Assembly: GCA_046075485.1 (NCBI GenBank)
Contig: JBJTQF010000024.1
Coordinates: 2,197-66,196 of the forward strand
Length of the DNA stretch: 64,000 bases
Direction of reading: 5' to 3'
Source of the DNA: Myxococcota bacterium
GTDB taxonomy: Bacteria > Myxococcota_A > UBA796 > JAJRTE01 > JBJTQF01
In this document: piece after piece, positions 31,907 through 41,577 of the stretch
Position numbering within the stretch: the first letter of the stretch is position 1
How the letters are laid out: every line of letters begins with the position of its first letter
The notes under the pieces: generated by a model
Seen by the model: only the letters and a program-made list of their open reading frames with translations
Database searches by the model: none
Told to the model about the DNA's origin: nothing
Position numbers and translations under genes: made by a program

Positions 31907-32043
31907 TCAGTCCCTCGCGGGCGCGTGAGTGCCCACGGAGGCGCGTTCGGCGTGCGTGCGTGACTTGCTCTTGACAGGACGGCATGCTAGACTGCCCGGG
32001 CTTTAGTTCTCGTCTTTTATCCCCTAAGATCGTGAGGAGTCCT

Positions 32044-33909
32044 GTGAGCAGGTTCATCGAAGAACTCAAACGCACCCACCGGTGCGGGGCGCTCCGTGAA
32101 GAGCATATCGGTCAAGAAGTGGTCTTGTTTGGGTGGGTTCATAGCCATCGAGATCACGGTAACTGCATCTTCATCGACCTGCGAGACCGTGAAGGTCTGG
32201 CCCAGATCGTCTTTGATCCGCAGATCAGCCCCGAGAGTCACGCACTGGCGGAGTCCATGCGCTCGGAGTGGGTGATTGGCATTCGTGGGCGGGTGCGAGA
32301 TCGAGGCACCATGCGCAACCCCCGTCTTGCCACGGGTGCGGTTGAAGTGGCGGTGCTCGAGGCGGTGGTCTTCAACAAGGCCCTCACCCCTCCTTTCCAG
32401 ATCGAAGACAGCGTGCGCACTGGCGAAGAGCTGCGCCTGGAGTATCGATATCTGGACTTGCGGCGTCCTCGGCTTCAGCAGACCCTGATGACCCGCAGCA
32501 AGATCAACCAGGTGACGCGGCGCTATTTTGACGAAACCGGATTTTTGGAGCTTGAGACGCCCTTTTTGGTGAAATATACCCCAGGCGGCGCGCGCAACTT
32601 CTTGGTTCCTTCCCGCATTCATGCCGGGAAGTTTTACGCGCTCGCCGAGAGCCCACAGCTCTACAAGCAGCTCTTTATGGTGGCGGGTTTTGACCGGTAC
32701 TTCCAGATCGTGCGCTGCTTCCGAGACGAAGACCTGCGCTTGGATCGCCAGCCGGAGTTTACGCAGATCGACGTCGAGATGTCATTTGTCAACCAAGACG
32801 ACATCTTCCGCCAGATCGAAGGGCTGATCTTTAAGCTGTGGCGCGAAGTGCTGGGGGTGGAGCTGCTGGACTTGTATCCCTCCGGGCGGTTCCCCCAGAT
32901 GCCGTTTGCAGAGTCGATGGACAAGTATGGCAACGACAAGCCGGATCTCCGGTTTGGTATGCAGCACATCGACCTGACGGACCTGACCATTGAACATGAC
33001 GGGGGTGGCATCCCGTTTCTTGTACCGATTGCCGAGAAGTTCAAAAAAGGCACCTATCGCCGCGATCTTCCACAGGAAATCGTCAAGGCCCTGGTGGTGC
33101 CCGCAGACGCCAACTTCTCAAGGACGGAGGCCGACAAGCTGGAAGATTTTGTCAAGGGCATGGGCGCAAAGGGGCTCGCGCGGGCGAAGGTCGCCCCGGA
33201 TGGCACTTGGACTCAGTCTCCGCTGGCTAAGAGTGTCACCGACAGCTTCCGCTTGGCCGTGAATGCGGCGACCGGCGCAAAGCCAGGCGATCTGATCCTC
33301 TTCCAGTTTGGCAAAGAGTCACTGGTGCAGACAGTGATGGCCAACCTCCGCCTGCACTTGGGGAAAAAGCTGGGGTATATCCCCGAGAGTGGACATGGTG
33401 GCAAGTGGCAGTTCCTGTGGGTGGTAGCACCGCCGCTCTTTGAGTGGGATGAGGAGCGGAATGTGTGGGCAGCGGCCCATCATGCTTTCACCCGCCCGTA
33501 TGACGAAGACGTCTCCCTCGTGGACACCGATCCGGGCAAGGTGCGCTGCTATCGCTACGACGTGGTGCTCAACGGCTTTGAGCTGGGTGGTGGGAGTGTG
33601 CGCTTGCACGACCCCGATGTGCAGGCCAAAGTCTTTAAGGCGATGGGCATCAGCGACGAAGAGGCTCAAGAGAAGTTCGGCTTCCTGCTGAAAGCCTTGC
33701 GGCACGGCGCGCCTCCGCATGGTGGCATCGCCCTCGGCATGGATCGGGTGTGTATGCTCGCCACCGGCTCGGAGTCCTTGCGCGATGTGGTGGCCTTCCC
33801 CAAGACCCAGAAGGGGACGTGTTTGATGACCGATGCGCCCAATCCGGCTCCCGCGACCATGCTCAAAGACCTTCATATCAAGTCGGTGGTGGGCACTCAG
33901 GGGAGCTGA
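32044..33909 (+). CDS. aspS: Aspartate--tRNA ligase
   Basis: The GTG at 32044 follows a GAGGAG sequence (the track's longest ORF starts at 31984). Motifs are the OB-fold anticodon-binding region (VVLFGWVHSHRDHGNCIFIDLRDREG) and class II motifs 1-3 (FQIVRCFRDEDLRLDRQPEFTQID; GGGSVRLHD; GGIALGMDRV). Confidence 0.9.
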   Translation: MSRFIEELKRTHRCGALREEHIGQEVVLFGWVHSHRDHGNCIFIDLRDREGLAQIVFDPQISPESHALAESMRSEWVIGIRGRVRDRGTMRNPRLATGAVEVAVLEAVVFNKALTPPFQIEDSVRTGEELRLEYRYLDLRRPRLQQTLMTRSKINQVTRRYFDETGFLELETPFLVKYTPGGARNFLVPSRIHAGKFYALAESPQLYKQLFMVAGFDRYFQIVRCFRDEDLRLDRQPEFTQIDVEMSFVNQDDIFRQIEGLIFKLWREVLGVELLDLYPSGRFPQMPFAESMDKYGNDKPDLRFGMQHIDLTDLTIEHDGGGIPFLVPIAEKFKKGTYRRDLPQEIVKALVVPADANFSRTEADKLEDFVKGMGAKGLARAKVAPDGTWTQSPLAKSVTDSFRLAVNAATGAKPGDLILFQFGKESLVQTVMANLRLHLGKKLGYIPESGHGGKWQFLWVVAPPLFEWDEERNVWAAAHHAFTRPYDEDVSLVDTDPGKVRCYRYDVVLNGFELGGGSVRLHDPDVQAKVFKAMGISDEEAQEKFGFLLKALRHGAPPHGGIALGMDRVCMLATGSESLRDVVAFPKTQKGTCLMTDAPNPAPATMLKDLHIKSVVGTQGS

Positions 33910-33966
33910 GCATCAAAACGTCTGAGCAGCGGTGCGTGTGATTCCAGTGCGCACGCCGTTGCTCTT

Positions 33967-34010
33967 CCGACGACGCTCCAACGTGTGAGAGGTCGTCGGG
34001 CCATTTTCAT
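33967..34010 (+). terminator. Putative intrinsic terminator downstream of aspS
   Basis: An 8-bp perfect stem (CCGACGAC / GTCGTCGG) with a 17-nt loop is followed by GCCATTTTCAT. Confidence 0.45.
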
Positions 34011-34031
34011 ATCACCGCATGCCCACGAAGA

Positions 34032-34217
34032 TCATAAACTCACCAGCTCTCCCGTCCACTGATCCGCTGACTCCAGCTCCTCAAGAAGTACCTGCACGAC
34101 CTCCAGCGCATGCCGCCGACTGCTGCCGGTGAATTCCTGCACCATAAAGATGGCCTGCTCTCGGTTATGAGCCAAGAGCGCCTCAATCATTTGATCGATG
34201 TACTTCATGTTCAGCAT
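34032..34217 (-). CDS. Small hypothetical protein (61 aa)
   Basis: An ORF with plausible amphipathic composition, directly downstream of an AT-rich region with a palindrome. No homology recognised. Confidence 0.2.
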   Translation of the reverse strand: MLNMKYIDQMIEALLAHNREQAIFMVQEFTGSSRRHALEVVQVLLEELESADQWTGELVSL

Positions 34218-34355
34218 ATGCGTCCCTTCTGTTGAAAGCAGACTCTTGTGCCGACCCTCCCGCCTACGTCGTAACCCTCACCTTTGTCAAGCATAGCATC
34301 AAATCTTGTAATTACAACAAAGACATAAAAAAATTTTAGTAAAATTGTTAAGTGA

Positions 34356-34378
34356 GACATCTGCTATAAATGTCTCAT
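34356..34378 (-). terminator. AT-rich hairpin (GAGACAT-N9-ATGTCTC) followed on the minus strand by a T-rich tract. It is a candidate terminator of the 844-aa gene, or an operator.
   Basis: A 7-bp inverted repeat lies inside an unusually AT-rich ~90-bp island (34300-34390) in an otherwise GC-rich window. Confidence 0.3.
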
Positions 34379-34395
34379 ATCATCAGACAAGAAGT

Positions 34396-36930
34396 TCAAG
34401 GCGAGAGGAGACCGAGCCGGGCGAGCTGATGCCGCGCCACACCACCACTGGTCAACAGAATGGAGAGCTCCTTGGTGTTGGAGTAGGTTCCAGCCGCCCA
34501 ATAACCCTTGTCGAGCCGGGTCCAGAGGGTGAGCAGGGCCTGCTCCGTCGATGCCGGACAGAGTCCGTGCTCGAGCCCAAACGCCAGCACATCGGCATAA
34601 CGGGCCATGTCCACCCCCACGTTTAACGCCTGCTGCTGGGTCGAAATCCGGTCACACAAAAGTGAGAGGTGCTGCTGCGCCACCCGAACCGTCTCCGCAT
34701 CCGGGGGGTTGAGCCCCACCCGTCGCCGCTCGCGCACCTGCTCCAGCCAGTACCCCAGCGCCTGCCCATACATCGCCTCTTGCCATGTTGGAATTTTGGC
34801 AAAACTGTGGGGGCCTTCACGCACCACCCGCTCCGCCTGCTGGCAAAATTCCTGTCGTCCACGCCATCCGCAGAGGGTTGTCGAGGAGCGCAGGACATTG
34901 GCACTGGCGCGTGGCTCTCGATCTCGTGGATCCAGCCGCCAGCGGTTGAGCATAAACTGGCCGAGGGTCTCCGCCGCGTGATGCAGGCTTTGCTCTCCGC
35001 TCCACAGCCAGGCTTGAACCAGCCCCTCGAGATAGAGCTGGCCCAGTCCCGGACCTCCCGAGGTGAAGCGGGTACAGCGTGAGCTGTCGGAGAGGCGCGG
35101 ATAGGAGCGATGGCTGGAGAGTCCCGCTGAGGTATCATGGGTGGTATGCCAAAACTGCCCTCCATTGTAGACAGCCCGATCTCCCTCGGTGTGGTACACG
35201 TCGATGTCCGCCAGATGACGGCTCATGCGCAAGGCCAGCGCGCAGCTCTCCAGGTGGCTGCGTCGCCCACACTGCCGCCAAGCGCCCCATGCTGGATCAT
35301 ACTGGTTGTTGTAGTTTGAGATGAAGGTCGGATCGTCATAAGCCTGCTGTCCACAGCGGGTCTCATGGTCCGCTTGAAGCTCTCCCACATCGCGCCACCC
35401 CACCGCTTCATGGCGCATGGCCACACTCTGAAAGGTGCGTGGATTGGCGCCCGTCGGGATAAAAGCACTGCGCAGGGTGCCTTCGATGCCACGCTGAACA
35501 TCCTGCTCCAAGGGGGTGTCGGGCAGGAATCCGGCGTTGCTCTCCGCCCAATAACGTGGAGAGAGCTGAAAGGGAAGCTCCGGCGAGGGCTCCCGCCACG
35601 GGTCCGGCTCAAAAGGGGTATGGCTCGGCTCCACGGCCTGCCACCAGCGATAGGTGAGCTGCTCTCCCCCTTGCAGCTCATGCAAGATCGGCACCGGATC
35701 ACCGAAGGGCGGCAAGAGCTCGAGGGTGAGACCCTGCGTGTGTGAGATGCGCAGTCCTTTTGGAAAGTATTGCCAAAACGAATCTGGCACCAGTACGTAA
35801 CGTGTGTTGTCTTGCTCCAGTGCTGCTACCGGCTCCGCCTGAGCGCCCGACAGCTGAAGCGCATCCTGCCAGAGACGATATCCCAAAAAGGGTGGCAGTT
35901 GTCCTCGTGCATCGCGGTGCCGCACTTCCCCCCGCTGCTCAGGACTGGCGGTGGACTGCACCAGCTCCAGGCGCTCGAGCCCCTGATGGAGCAGCCCCGG
36001 CTCCGGCGAGAGCAAGAGCTTCTCCGCGCTTTGTGAAACCGCATGCCAGCTCAACGAGCGAAAAAGCTGAGCCCCACTCGCCCCCAGCTCCCACACATTG
36101 CCTGGATGTCCCGCTGGCTGGCGGTTCAGCACACTCAGGCTGAGCTGGAGTGTGTCACTTCCGGCGACACTTCGGAGCACCAAACGAAGCTGAAGGGGCC
36201 AACGACGGAGGCTGTGCAGCAACGCCGCTTGGCGGATGGCTGGCACCGGATGAGGAGGCGCATCGACGTGCTCCGGGCCCGCCGACGGATCAAACGTCCC
36301 CAACGCTTCCAGCTCCACCCGCTGCTCTAAGGGGGATGCCGACAGAATACGAGTGCCACGGGGTAAGATCCGAAGCGCACGGCCTCGTTCATCCAGCGCC
36401 TGTAACGAAGACCAGCGCACTCGAGAAGCAAGCGGCGTGATGGCTGCTCCATTGTTATCTTGCAATGCCGGAATTTTATCCCGTCGAGACAGCTCAAAAT
36501 GTGGCGGACGTATTTCTCCCACCTTCACACACAGGCGCACAAAACGAAGGGGCGCTTGGGTCACACTTGCCTCCACCGCTCCCCAGCGCATGAGTGGCTC
36601 GGCGGAAAAGGGCACCGGCTCTCCCGTCAGGGTCTTGACTTCTAGCTGTTCCGGCGCATAAACCCGCGCATGAAGGGGTAAGGGGACACCACTACAGCGC
36701 ACCGACTGGAGCTTGTTGCCCGGAAGGGTAGAGAAGACGGTGAGGAGGGCAGGGGGCTCAGAAGCAAATGTTGGGGTTATATACAGTAAGATTTGGCAAG
36801 ACAACAGCAGGAGAATCCAGGTGGGCAAGGTCCGAAATGACCCTGCAGGCAGGCGGGCCGTTGCCCTAAAAACCAATATTCCGACCGTACAAGTGAATTG
36901 AGTAGGCCGGGGAGGGGGTCGGATTCTCAA
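34396..36930 (-). CDS. Large hypothetical secreted protein (about 800-840 aa). The start is uncertain because the 5' end overlaps the upstream cupin gene.
   Basis: A long ORF with a hydrophobic signal-like N-terminal segment (TWILLLLSCQILLYITPTFA). The C-terminal half could be alpha-helical (possibly an (alpha/alpha)-barrel-like enzyme), but no motif was confidently recognised. Confidence 0.45.
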   Translation of the reverse strand: MRIRPPPRPTQFTCTVGILVFRATARLPAGSFRTLPTWILLLLSCQILLYITPTFASEPPALLTVFSTLPGNKLQSVRCSGVPLPLHARVYAPEQLEVKTLTGEPVPFSAEPLMRWGAVEASVTQAPLRFVRLCVKVGEIRPPHFELSRRDKIPALQDNNGAAITPLASRVRWSSLQALDERGRALRILPRGTRILSASPLEQRVELEALGTFDPSAGPEHVDAPPHPVPAIRQAALLHSLRRWPLQLRLVLRSVAGSDTLQLSLSVLNRQPAGHPGNVWELGASGAQLFRSLSWHAVSQSAEKLLLSPEPGLLHQGLERLELVQSTASPEQRGEVRHRDARGQLPPFLGYRLWQDALQLSGAQAEPVAALEQDNTRYVLVPDSFWQYFPKGLRISHTQGLTLELLPPFGDPVPILHELQGGEQLTYRWWQAVEPSHTPFEPDPWREPSPELPFQLSPRYWAESNAGFLPDTPLEQDVQRGIEGTLRSAFIPTGANPRTFQSVAMRHEAVGWRDVGELQADHETRCGQQAYDDPTFISNYNNQYDPAWGAWRQCGRRSHLESCALALRMSRHLADIDVYHTEGDRAVYNGGQFWHTTHDTSAGLSSHRSYPRLSDSSRCTRFTSGGPGLGQLYLEGLVQAWLWSGEQSLHHAAETLGQFMLNRWRLDPRDREPRASANVLRSSTTLCGWRGRQEFCQQAERVVREGPHSFAKIPTWQEAMYGQALGYWLEQVRERRRVGLNPPDAETVRVAQQHLSLLCDRISTQQQALNVGVDMARYADVLAFGLEHGLCPASTEQALLTLWTRLDKGYWAAGTYSNTKELSILLTSGGVARHQLARLGLLSP

Positions 36931-37354
36931 TGCGGTGGATCTCCTGCTCGGGAGGGATGACGTAGCTCACGTCTCCGGGATGGGCCAGCACCTGAGCCAC
37001 CGGACGAACATGCTGGCCACTCACCTGCATGAAGTTGGTGAACTCGAGCGCTCCCTGGCAGACCCCAAAAACGCCCCACGTACCATGATCGTGGATCGAG
37101 GTCACAGCACCCGGACCCCACGCCATCAACACTGCAATATAACCGGTCTGCGGATCTTCAAAGATCAGGCGCCCCTCGTACTGGCCAGGGGCAATCGGAG
37201 GTGCTTCGAGTGGCAGCGCTCCCTGAAGCAGCTCATCCATGCCGTGACAGAGCTGCTGAACGAGGCTGGCTTCCGAGGATGCCTGCTGGATGGCATGGCG
37301 GGTCTTCAGCAGAAACTGCTCAAATCGCTGCTGAGCACTGGAGATGGTAGACAC
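36866..37354 (-). CDS. Cupin-fold thiol dioxygenase-like protein (cysteine dioxygenase type I / 3-mercaptopropionate dioxygenase family)
   Basis: Motif SIHDHGTWGVFGVCQGALE (HxH + W..G) is followed by IHRIENP and SIHLYG. This fits the 3-His cupin arrangement of bacterial CDO homologues. Confidence 0.55.
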   Translation of the reverse strand: MSTISSAQQRFEQFLLKTRHAIQQASSEASLVQQLCHGMDELLQGALPLEAPPIAPGQYEGRLIFEDPQTGYIAVLMAWGPGAVTSIHDHGTWGVFGVCQGALEFTNFMQVSGQHVRPVAQVLAHPGDVSYVIPPEQEIHRIENPTPSPAYSIHLYGRNIGF

Positions 37355-37386
37355 GATCAGGCTCCTCTATCGCTCAAGGGCGAAGC

Positions 37387-40047
37387 TCACTGGAGGTACG
37401 GGCTAGGGTGAAGGCCCACAAAACCAGGGCCACTGCTGTCTTCATAACCGGGGGTACAGAGCATCAGCCCGCTCTTCACCGAGCTGAGGCTGAAGCCGGT
37501 GATGATGGTCGCGGGTTCGTTGGTCAAGTCGGGAACCGTAAAAGAAGCAAGCTGCTCCGAGACCACATCCCGCACGTTGTCGGCATCCGGAATGGCGGCA
37601 CCCGAGAGCAAATGGGTGTCCAGATAACGCTGGCCTGCCACACTTCGCTGGCTGGTGAGCAGCAGATCTGAGATGCCATCTCCGGTTAAGTCGGAAGTTA
37701 CCGCCACCTGCTCGCCGAGAGAGACCGACTGAGTGGTGCCCACCATCACCGCACCTGCCACGTAGAGCCCCGCTTTGGCGTAGGAGCTGTGAATGTCCAC
37801 CACACCCACGGCATTGCTCCCGTCAAAGGTGGTGGCGCTCAAGACCAGCTCCGGCTCGAGGTTCTGGTTGATGTCGTCGGCAAAAGCCAGCTTGAGACCG
37901 ATGGAGGTCAGCTTGAGAGCACTGGAGACGCCGGTGGAGTCGGTGGTAAGGGTGTAGAGCAGGCTCTCTGACTTTGTGGTGAGCAGTCCACTCTGTCGGG
38001 CCAGATTAAACACCCGCACTTCTTGAGCGGAGACGTCATCCACGGCCAGGGTGAGGGCCAGCAAAGCCCCCTCATTGCCTGCCACGGCTTCACCCACGCG
38101 GAAGCCGACATCGTGGCCTTCGATGCGTACCCGCTCCTTCCAGCCATAACTGACGGGATTGGTAGAGGTGTCTTTCGTCAAGCTCAGGACCAGAACCAGC
38201 CCTTGAGCGCCGGTATCTCCCTGGCTGTTCTGGCAACGAGCGCAGGCCAGGGCCAGCTCTTGAATTCCATCCCCGTCCATGTCAAGGGTGGCAACTCCAT
38301 CCAGCGGTGCGGTCAGCTCCTCACTTTCGTAGAGTACGGCGTTTGCCTTATGGCTGAGCGCACCAGCGGCTACAAAATGCGTCCCGTCGTTGAGATAGAC
38401 CTGCACGCTTGAAGTTCCGGTATCGGCATCGTAAGCCGTCAACACCACATCGTCGAGCTGAGGGCTCCGCATACGGGCGAACGTGACCTGTGTGCCGACG
38501 CCGGAGACACCCAAGTCGAAGGTGGCTTCTTGGGTATCACTCAGGGACTTGCCAGCTACGTCAATCCGCCACAAGACGGCACCACTGGGCTCGGCGGTGC
38601 TGCCCAAGCTGGCCAATACCCCGATCTGCTCCGAGAAGCTCACGGCCACAGGACGCGCGCCCAGGGCCAAACCTTCGGGCTCCAGGATCAGCTCGGCTTC
38701 TTCCACCGACGGAATCTGATAGTCGATCAACCCGTCGCAGTTGTCGTCTTTGATGTTAAAGCGTTCATTGGCGGCAGGGTTGATGTCGGCTGCTCCATCA
38801 TTGCAGTCTTGGGCGTTTGGACTATACCCTTCAACGGGGCCACAAAACTCCGTCGGCGCGCTGGCGAAGGCACGGTCGCCATACCCATCTCCATCGGCGT
38901 CGGGGTAGTATTTCAGAGGGCTGAGCCCTTCATCCACCTCTTTATCGCAGTCATTATCAAGGCCGTCGCAGAGCTCGGGGGCGTCTGGGTTTACCGTGAT
39001 GCGGGTGTCGTCACAGTCTCCGGGAAAGGCGCTGTAGCCGTCTGGTGCGGCGCAGTCGTCCGCGGTGCTGGTGGTCAACCCATAACCGTCGTCGTCTGCG
39101 TCCAGATAATATGTGATTTTGTTAAGTCCTTCATCGACCTTCCCGTTGCAGTCGTTGTCCAGATCATCACACAGCTCGGGCGCGAACGGATACACGGTGT
39201 CGTCTTGATCGTCACAGTCTCCCGAGACCGCCACATAACCCTCTTGAGGGCAGGCTTGGATGGGAGAAGCGTCTTTGTCGCCATAGTCATCACCATCGGC
39301 GTCGGGATAGAGGGTCTGTTTGGGGGTGGCGTTGGGATCCTGAGCGTCGGGGAGGCCGTCACAGTCCTCGTCTATGCCGTTACATGTCTCGGGTGCCCCG
39401 GGATAGATCTGGTCGTCGTCGTCATCGCAGTCGCGGTTGTTCTCCACCCATCCTTCATTATCCGCTTCGGCAGGATCGCACGCTTCTTGAGGTTGGGCGG
39501 GATCTCCGAATTTGTCTTTGTCACGGTCTTCGTAGTAGGTGATGGAGTCGGCATCTTCGTCTACTTCGTCGTTGCAGTTCTGATCTTTGCCGTCACAGAA
39601 GTCTTCGGCGTTGGGGTTGATGTCGGCATTTTTGTCGTTACAGTCTCCTGCACGACTGGCATATCCCGCCGGAGGTTCTCCTCCGCAGGCGGTGAGGGTC
39701 ACGCTGGACCCAAAATTATCGTCGTCATTATCCTGATAATAGGTCGCCGTGGGGAGCCCTTCGTCGGTTGTGCCGTCACAGTTGTCGTCGAGGGTGTTAC
39801 ACAGCTCACTTTGATCGGGATGGATTTCGGGATTGTCGTCATCACAATCCTCCGTAGCAGGATATCGGTCGCCGTCGGCATCGACCACCCCTTCGGCTGC
39901 GAGATCCCACGGATTGTCACGCGCGACTTCAGGCTCACAGCCACTGAGCGCCCACACGCTCCCGCTCAAGAAGAGGGTCAGCCAGGAGGAATACCCCACG
40001 CGCACTCGAAGCGGGCGATGGCTCCATCCCACGGAATTCCGCACCAT
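37387..40047 (-). CDS. Surface lipoprotein with about 9 N-terminal MopE-type Cys-rich metal-binding repeats and a C-terminal FG-GAP/VCBS-like beta-propeller
   Basis: The lipobox is WALSGC-EPE. Repeats include DADGDRYPATEDCDDDNPEIHPDQSELCNTLDDNCDGTTDEG, CDGKDQNCNDEVDED, CDGLDNDCDKEVDEG and similar. The C-terminus contains TGDGISDLLLTS and LDMDGDGIQELALA. Confidence 0.7.
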   Translation of the reverse strand: MVRNSVGWSHRPLRVRVGYSSWLTLFLSGSVWALSGCEPEVARDNPWDLAAEGVVDADGDRYPATEDCDDDNPEIHPDQSELCNTLDDNCDGTTDEGLPTATYYQDNDDDNFGSSVTLTACGGEPPAGYASRAGDCNDKNADINPNAEDFCDGKDQNCNDEVDEDADSITYYEDRDKDKFGDPAQPQEACDPAEADNEGWVENNRDCDDDDDQIYPGAPETCNGIDEDCDGLPDAQDPNATPKQTLYPDADGDDYGDKDASPIQACPQEGYVAVSGDCDDQDDTVYPFAPELCDDLDNDCNGKVDEGLNKITYYLDADDDGYGLTTSTADDCAAPDGYSAFPGDCDDTRITVNPDAPELCDGLDNDCDKEVDEGLSPLKYYPDADGDGYGDRAFASAPTEFCGPVEGYSPNAQDCNDGAADINPAANERFNIKDDNCDGLIDYQIPSVEEAELILEPEGLALGARPVAVSFSEQIGVLASLGSTAEPSGAVLWRIDVAGKSLSDTQEATFDLGVSGVGTQVTFARMRSPQLDDVVLTAYDADTGTSSVQVYLNDGTHFVAAGALSHKANAVLYESEELTAPLDGVATLDMDGDGIQELALACARCQNSQGDTGAQGLVLVLSLTKDTSTNPVSYGWKERVRIEGHDVGFRVGEAVAGNEGALLALTLAVDDVSAQEVRVFNLARQSGLLTTKSESLLYTLTTDSTGVSSALKLTSIGLKLAFADDINQNLEPELVLSATTFDGSNAVGVVDIHSSYAKAGLYVAGAVMVGTTQSVSLGEQVAVTSDLTGDGISDLLLTSQRSVAGQRYLDTHLLSGAAIPDADNVRDVVSEQLASFTVPDLTNEPATIITGFSLSSVKSGLMLCTPGYEDSSGPGFVGLHPSPYLQ

Positions 40048-40061
40048 AACAAGCTCCTCTA

Positions 40062-41405
40062 TCAGAAACGCCCGGAGAGGCCGAGCGAAAACTGCGCTTT
40101 TCGTACTCCATTGCCAGCTCTTGAGTCCTCGGTCGAATCATGGCTTACGCTGGTGTCATCGACCATGCCAGGGGCGATCCAGGGCACAAAGCTCAGCTCT
40201 CCGCCCCCACCGGAGAGGATAAAAAAGCTCCCGGCTCCAGCGGCAGCCAAACCCACCCCACCCAGCACAAAACCCAGTGAACGCAACCGACGTCCTGCGT
40301 CAAGCTGGCTGGAGACCTCCGACCAGAGGCCGTTATAGTCCGCATCGGGACCGGTGGCGGCGGAATAGCTGTCGTAGGCGGTAGAGGCACCGGCAAAGGC
40401 TTGAGTAGACATCCCCAGGGTAACACCCGAACCCACCAGGGCCAAACCCGAGAGACCCAACGAGCCAAATCCGGCCAGCTTCTTGAAGTCCAGCCCTGCT
40501 CCGCCCGGTGCCAAGTTGCTGGCGGGCGCTTTATAGACCGTCTCTTCATTGGCAGCCACCATCACCGTCACGCCCATCACCGAGCCATCCGGGGTACGGA
40601 TCAACAAGTGGCGCTCGCCTGCTTCGACATTTCGCAGCACCGGGAGATCGCGGCGGGTGCGCCCATCCACCATCACTTCGGTGCCGGGCTCGAGGCCATC
40701 CAAGCGGAGGGTGCCGGTTAAGACCTGCTTTTCAACCACCGTGACGAGCTTGAGGGCCTTCAAATCCAGCTCCGTGAAGCGGGCATTTTCAGCTTCTGGG
40801 ATGTTGATCTGAAGCCATGCACTCTTGAGGGTGCCGTTGCTCTTGACTTGAAGCAGATGAAATCCCGCGATCAACCGCAGGGAGATCAGATCTTCTCCGG
40901 GTGCGGACTTATCGACACCATCCACAAAGACTGCTTCTGCTGTCTTGGTGGAGAGCAAACGGGCACGGATTTCGGTATCTTGCGCCTCGATCAGGGCCTT
41001 GTCACACAGTGCGTTGAGCTCGCGGACCAGGGTGGGGTTGCCATAACCTTCGACCAAGCCAGCGCAGTCCATCGAGGAGTCTTGAACCGCAGCTTGATAG
41101 AAGGCATCCGCCGAGGCGGTACGATTTTTGAGCGTCAGGTGGGCAATGGCCCGAAAGCGGAAGAGGTTCCGCAACAGCTCCGCCGGTGGCACGTCCTCTA
41201 AACAGGCCAGGGACGCTTCCGTTTGTTTAAGGGTCTCCAAGGCGGCGGCGGGGGACTTTCGCAGGCTACTCTCGGCCTGAAAGACCAGCGTTCGCAGGCC
41301 ATCGGTTTTGAGCGGCTTACACTCCGTGTTGGCCCACGCAGGGACGGAGGAACAGCACACGCTCAAGAAGAGGACTCCCAAGCAGGCGCACACATGCATG
41401 CGCAT
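40062..41405 (-). CDS. Secreted hypothetical protein with a PEGA-like domain and a Gly-rich C-terminal hydrophobic tail
   Basis: The probable start is MRMHVCACLGVLFLSVCCSSVPAWA (signal peptide). The track ORF extends about 96 codons further upstream. The PEGA-like stretch is TEVMVDGRTRRDLPVLRNVEAGERHLLIRTPDGSVMGVTV. Confidence 0.4.
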   Translation of the reverse strand: MRMHVCACLGVLFLSVCCSSVPAWANTECKPLKTDGLRTLVFQAESSLRKSPAAALETLKQTEASLACLEDVPPAELLRNLFRFRAIAHLTLKNRTASADAFYQAAVQDSSMDCAGLVEGYGNPTLVRELNALCDKALIEAQDTEIRARLLSTKTAEAVFVDGVDKSAPGEDLISLRLIAGFHLLQVKSNGTLKSAWLQINIPEAENARFTELDLKALKLVTVVEKQVLTGTLRLDGLEPGTEVMVDGRTRRDLPVLRNVEAGERHLLIRTPDGSVMGVTVMVAANEETVYKAPASNLAPGGAGLDFKKLAGFGSLGLSGLALVGSGVTLGMSTQAFAGASTAYDSYSAATGPDADYNGLWSEVSSQLDAGRRLRSLGFVLGGVGLAAAGAGSFFILSGGGGELSFVPWIAPGMVDDTSVSHDSTEDSRAGNGVRKAQFSLGLSGRF

Positions 41406-41577
41406 CCGCGTGGAAGACCATGTATAGTATGACCGCAGTTGTTGGATCCGAGTCAACATGAACCCCACTCCGAAGGCAGAAAAAGGCAAGATGGTGAAAG
41501 TATTGAGCGAATACACCCAAAATGTCAAGAAGCACCTTCCGCAGCCGGGGGAACATACACACAGGAGGGATTTGCCG

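Noticed and set aside
38530-40338. 602-aa plus-strand ORF (and similar long ORFs at 42493..43566, 44345..45382, 45036..45647, 20949..21932)
   Set aside because: These are antisense or alternative frames of the repeat-rich MopE/TSP3/FG-GAP genes. GC-rich repetitive sequence keeps spurious frames open. The minus-strand proteins have clear domain architecture and the plus frames do not.
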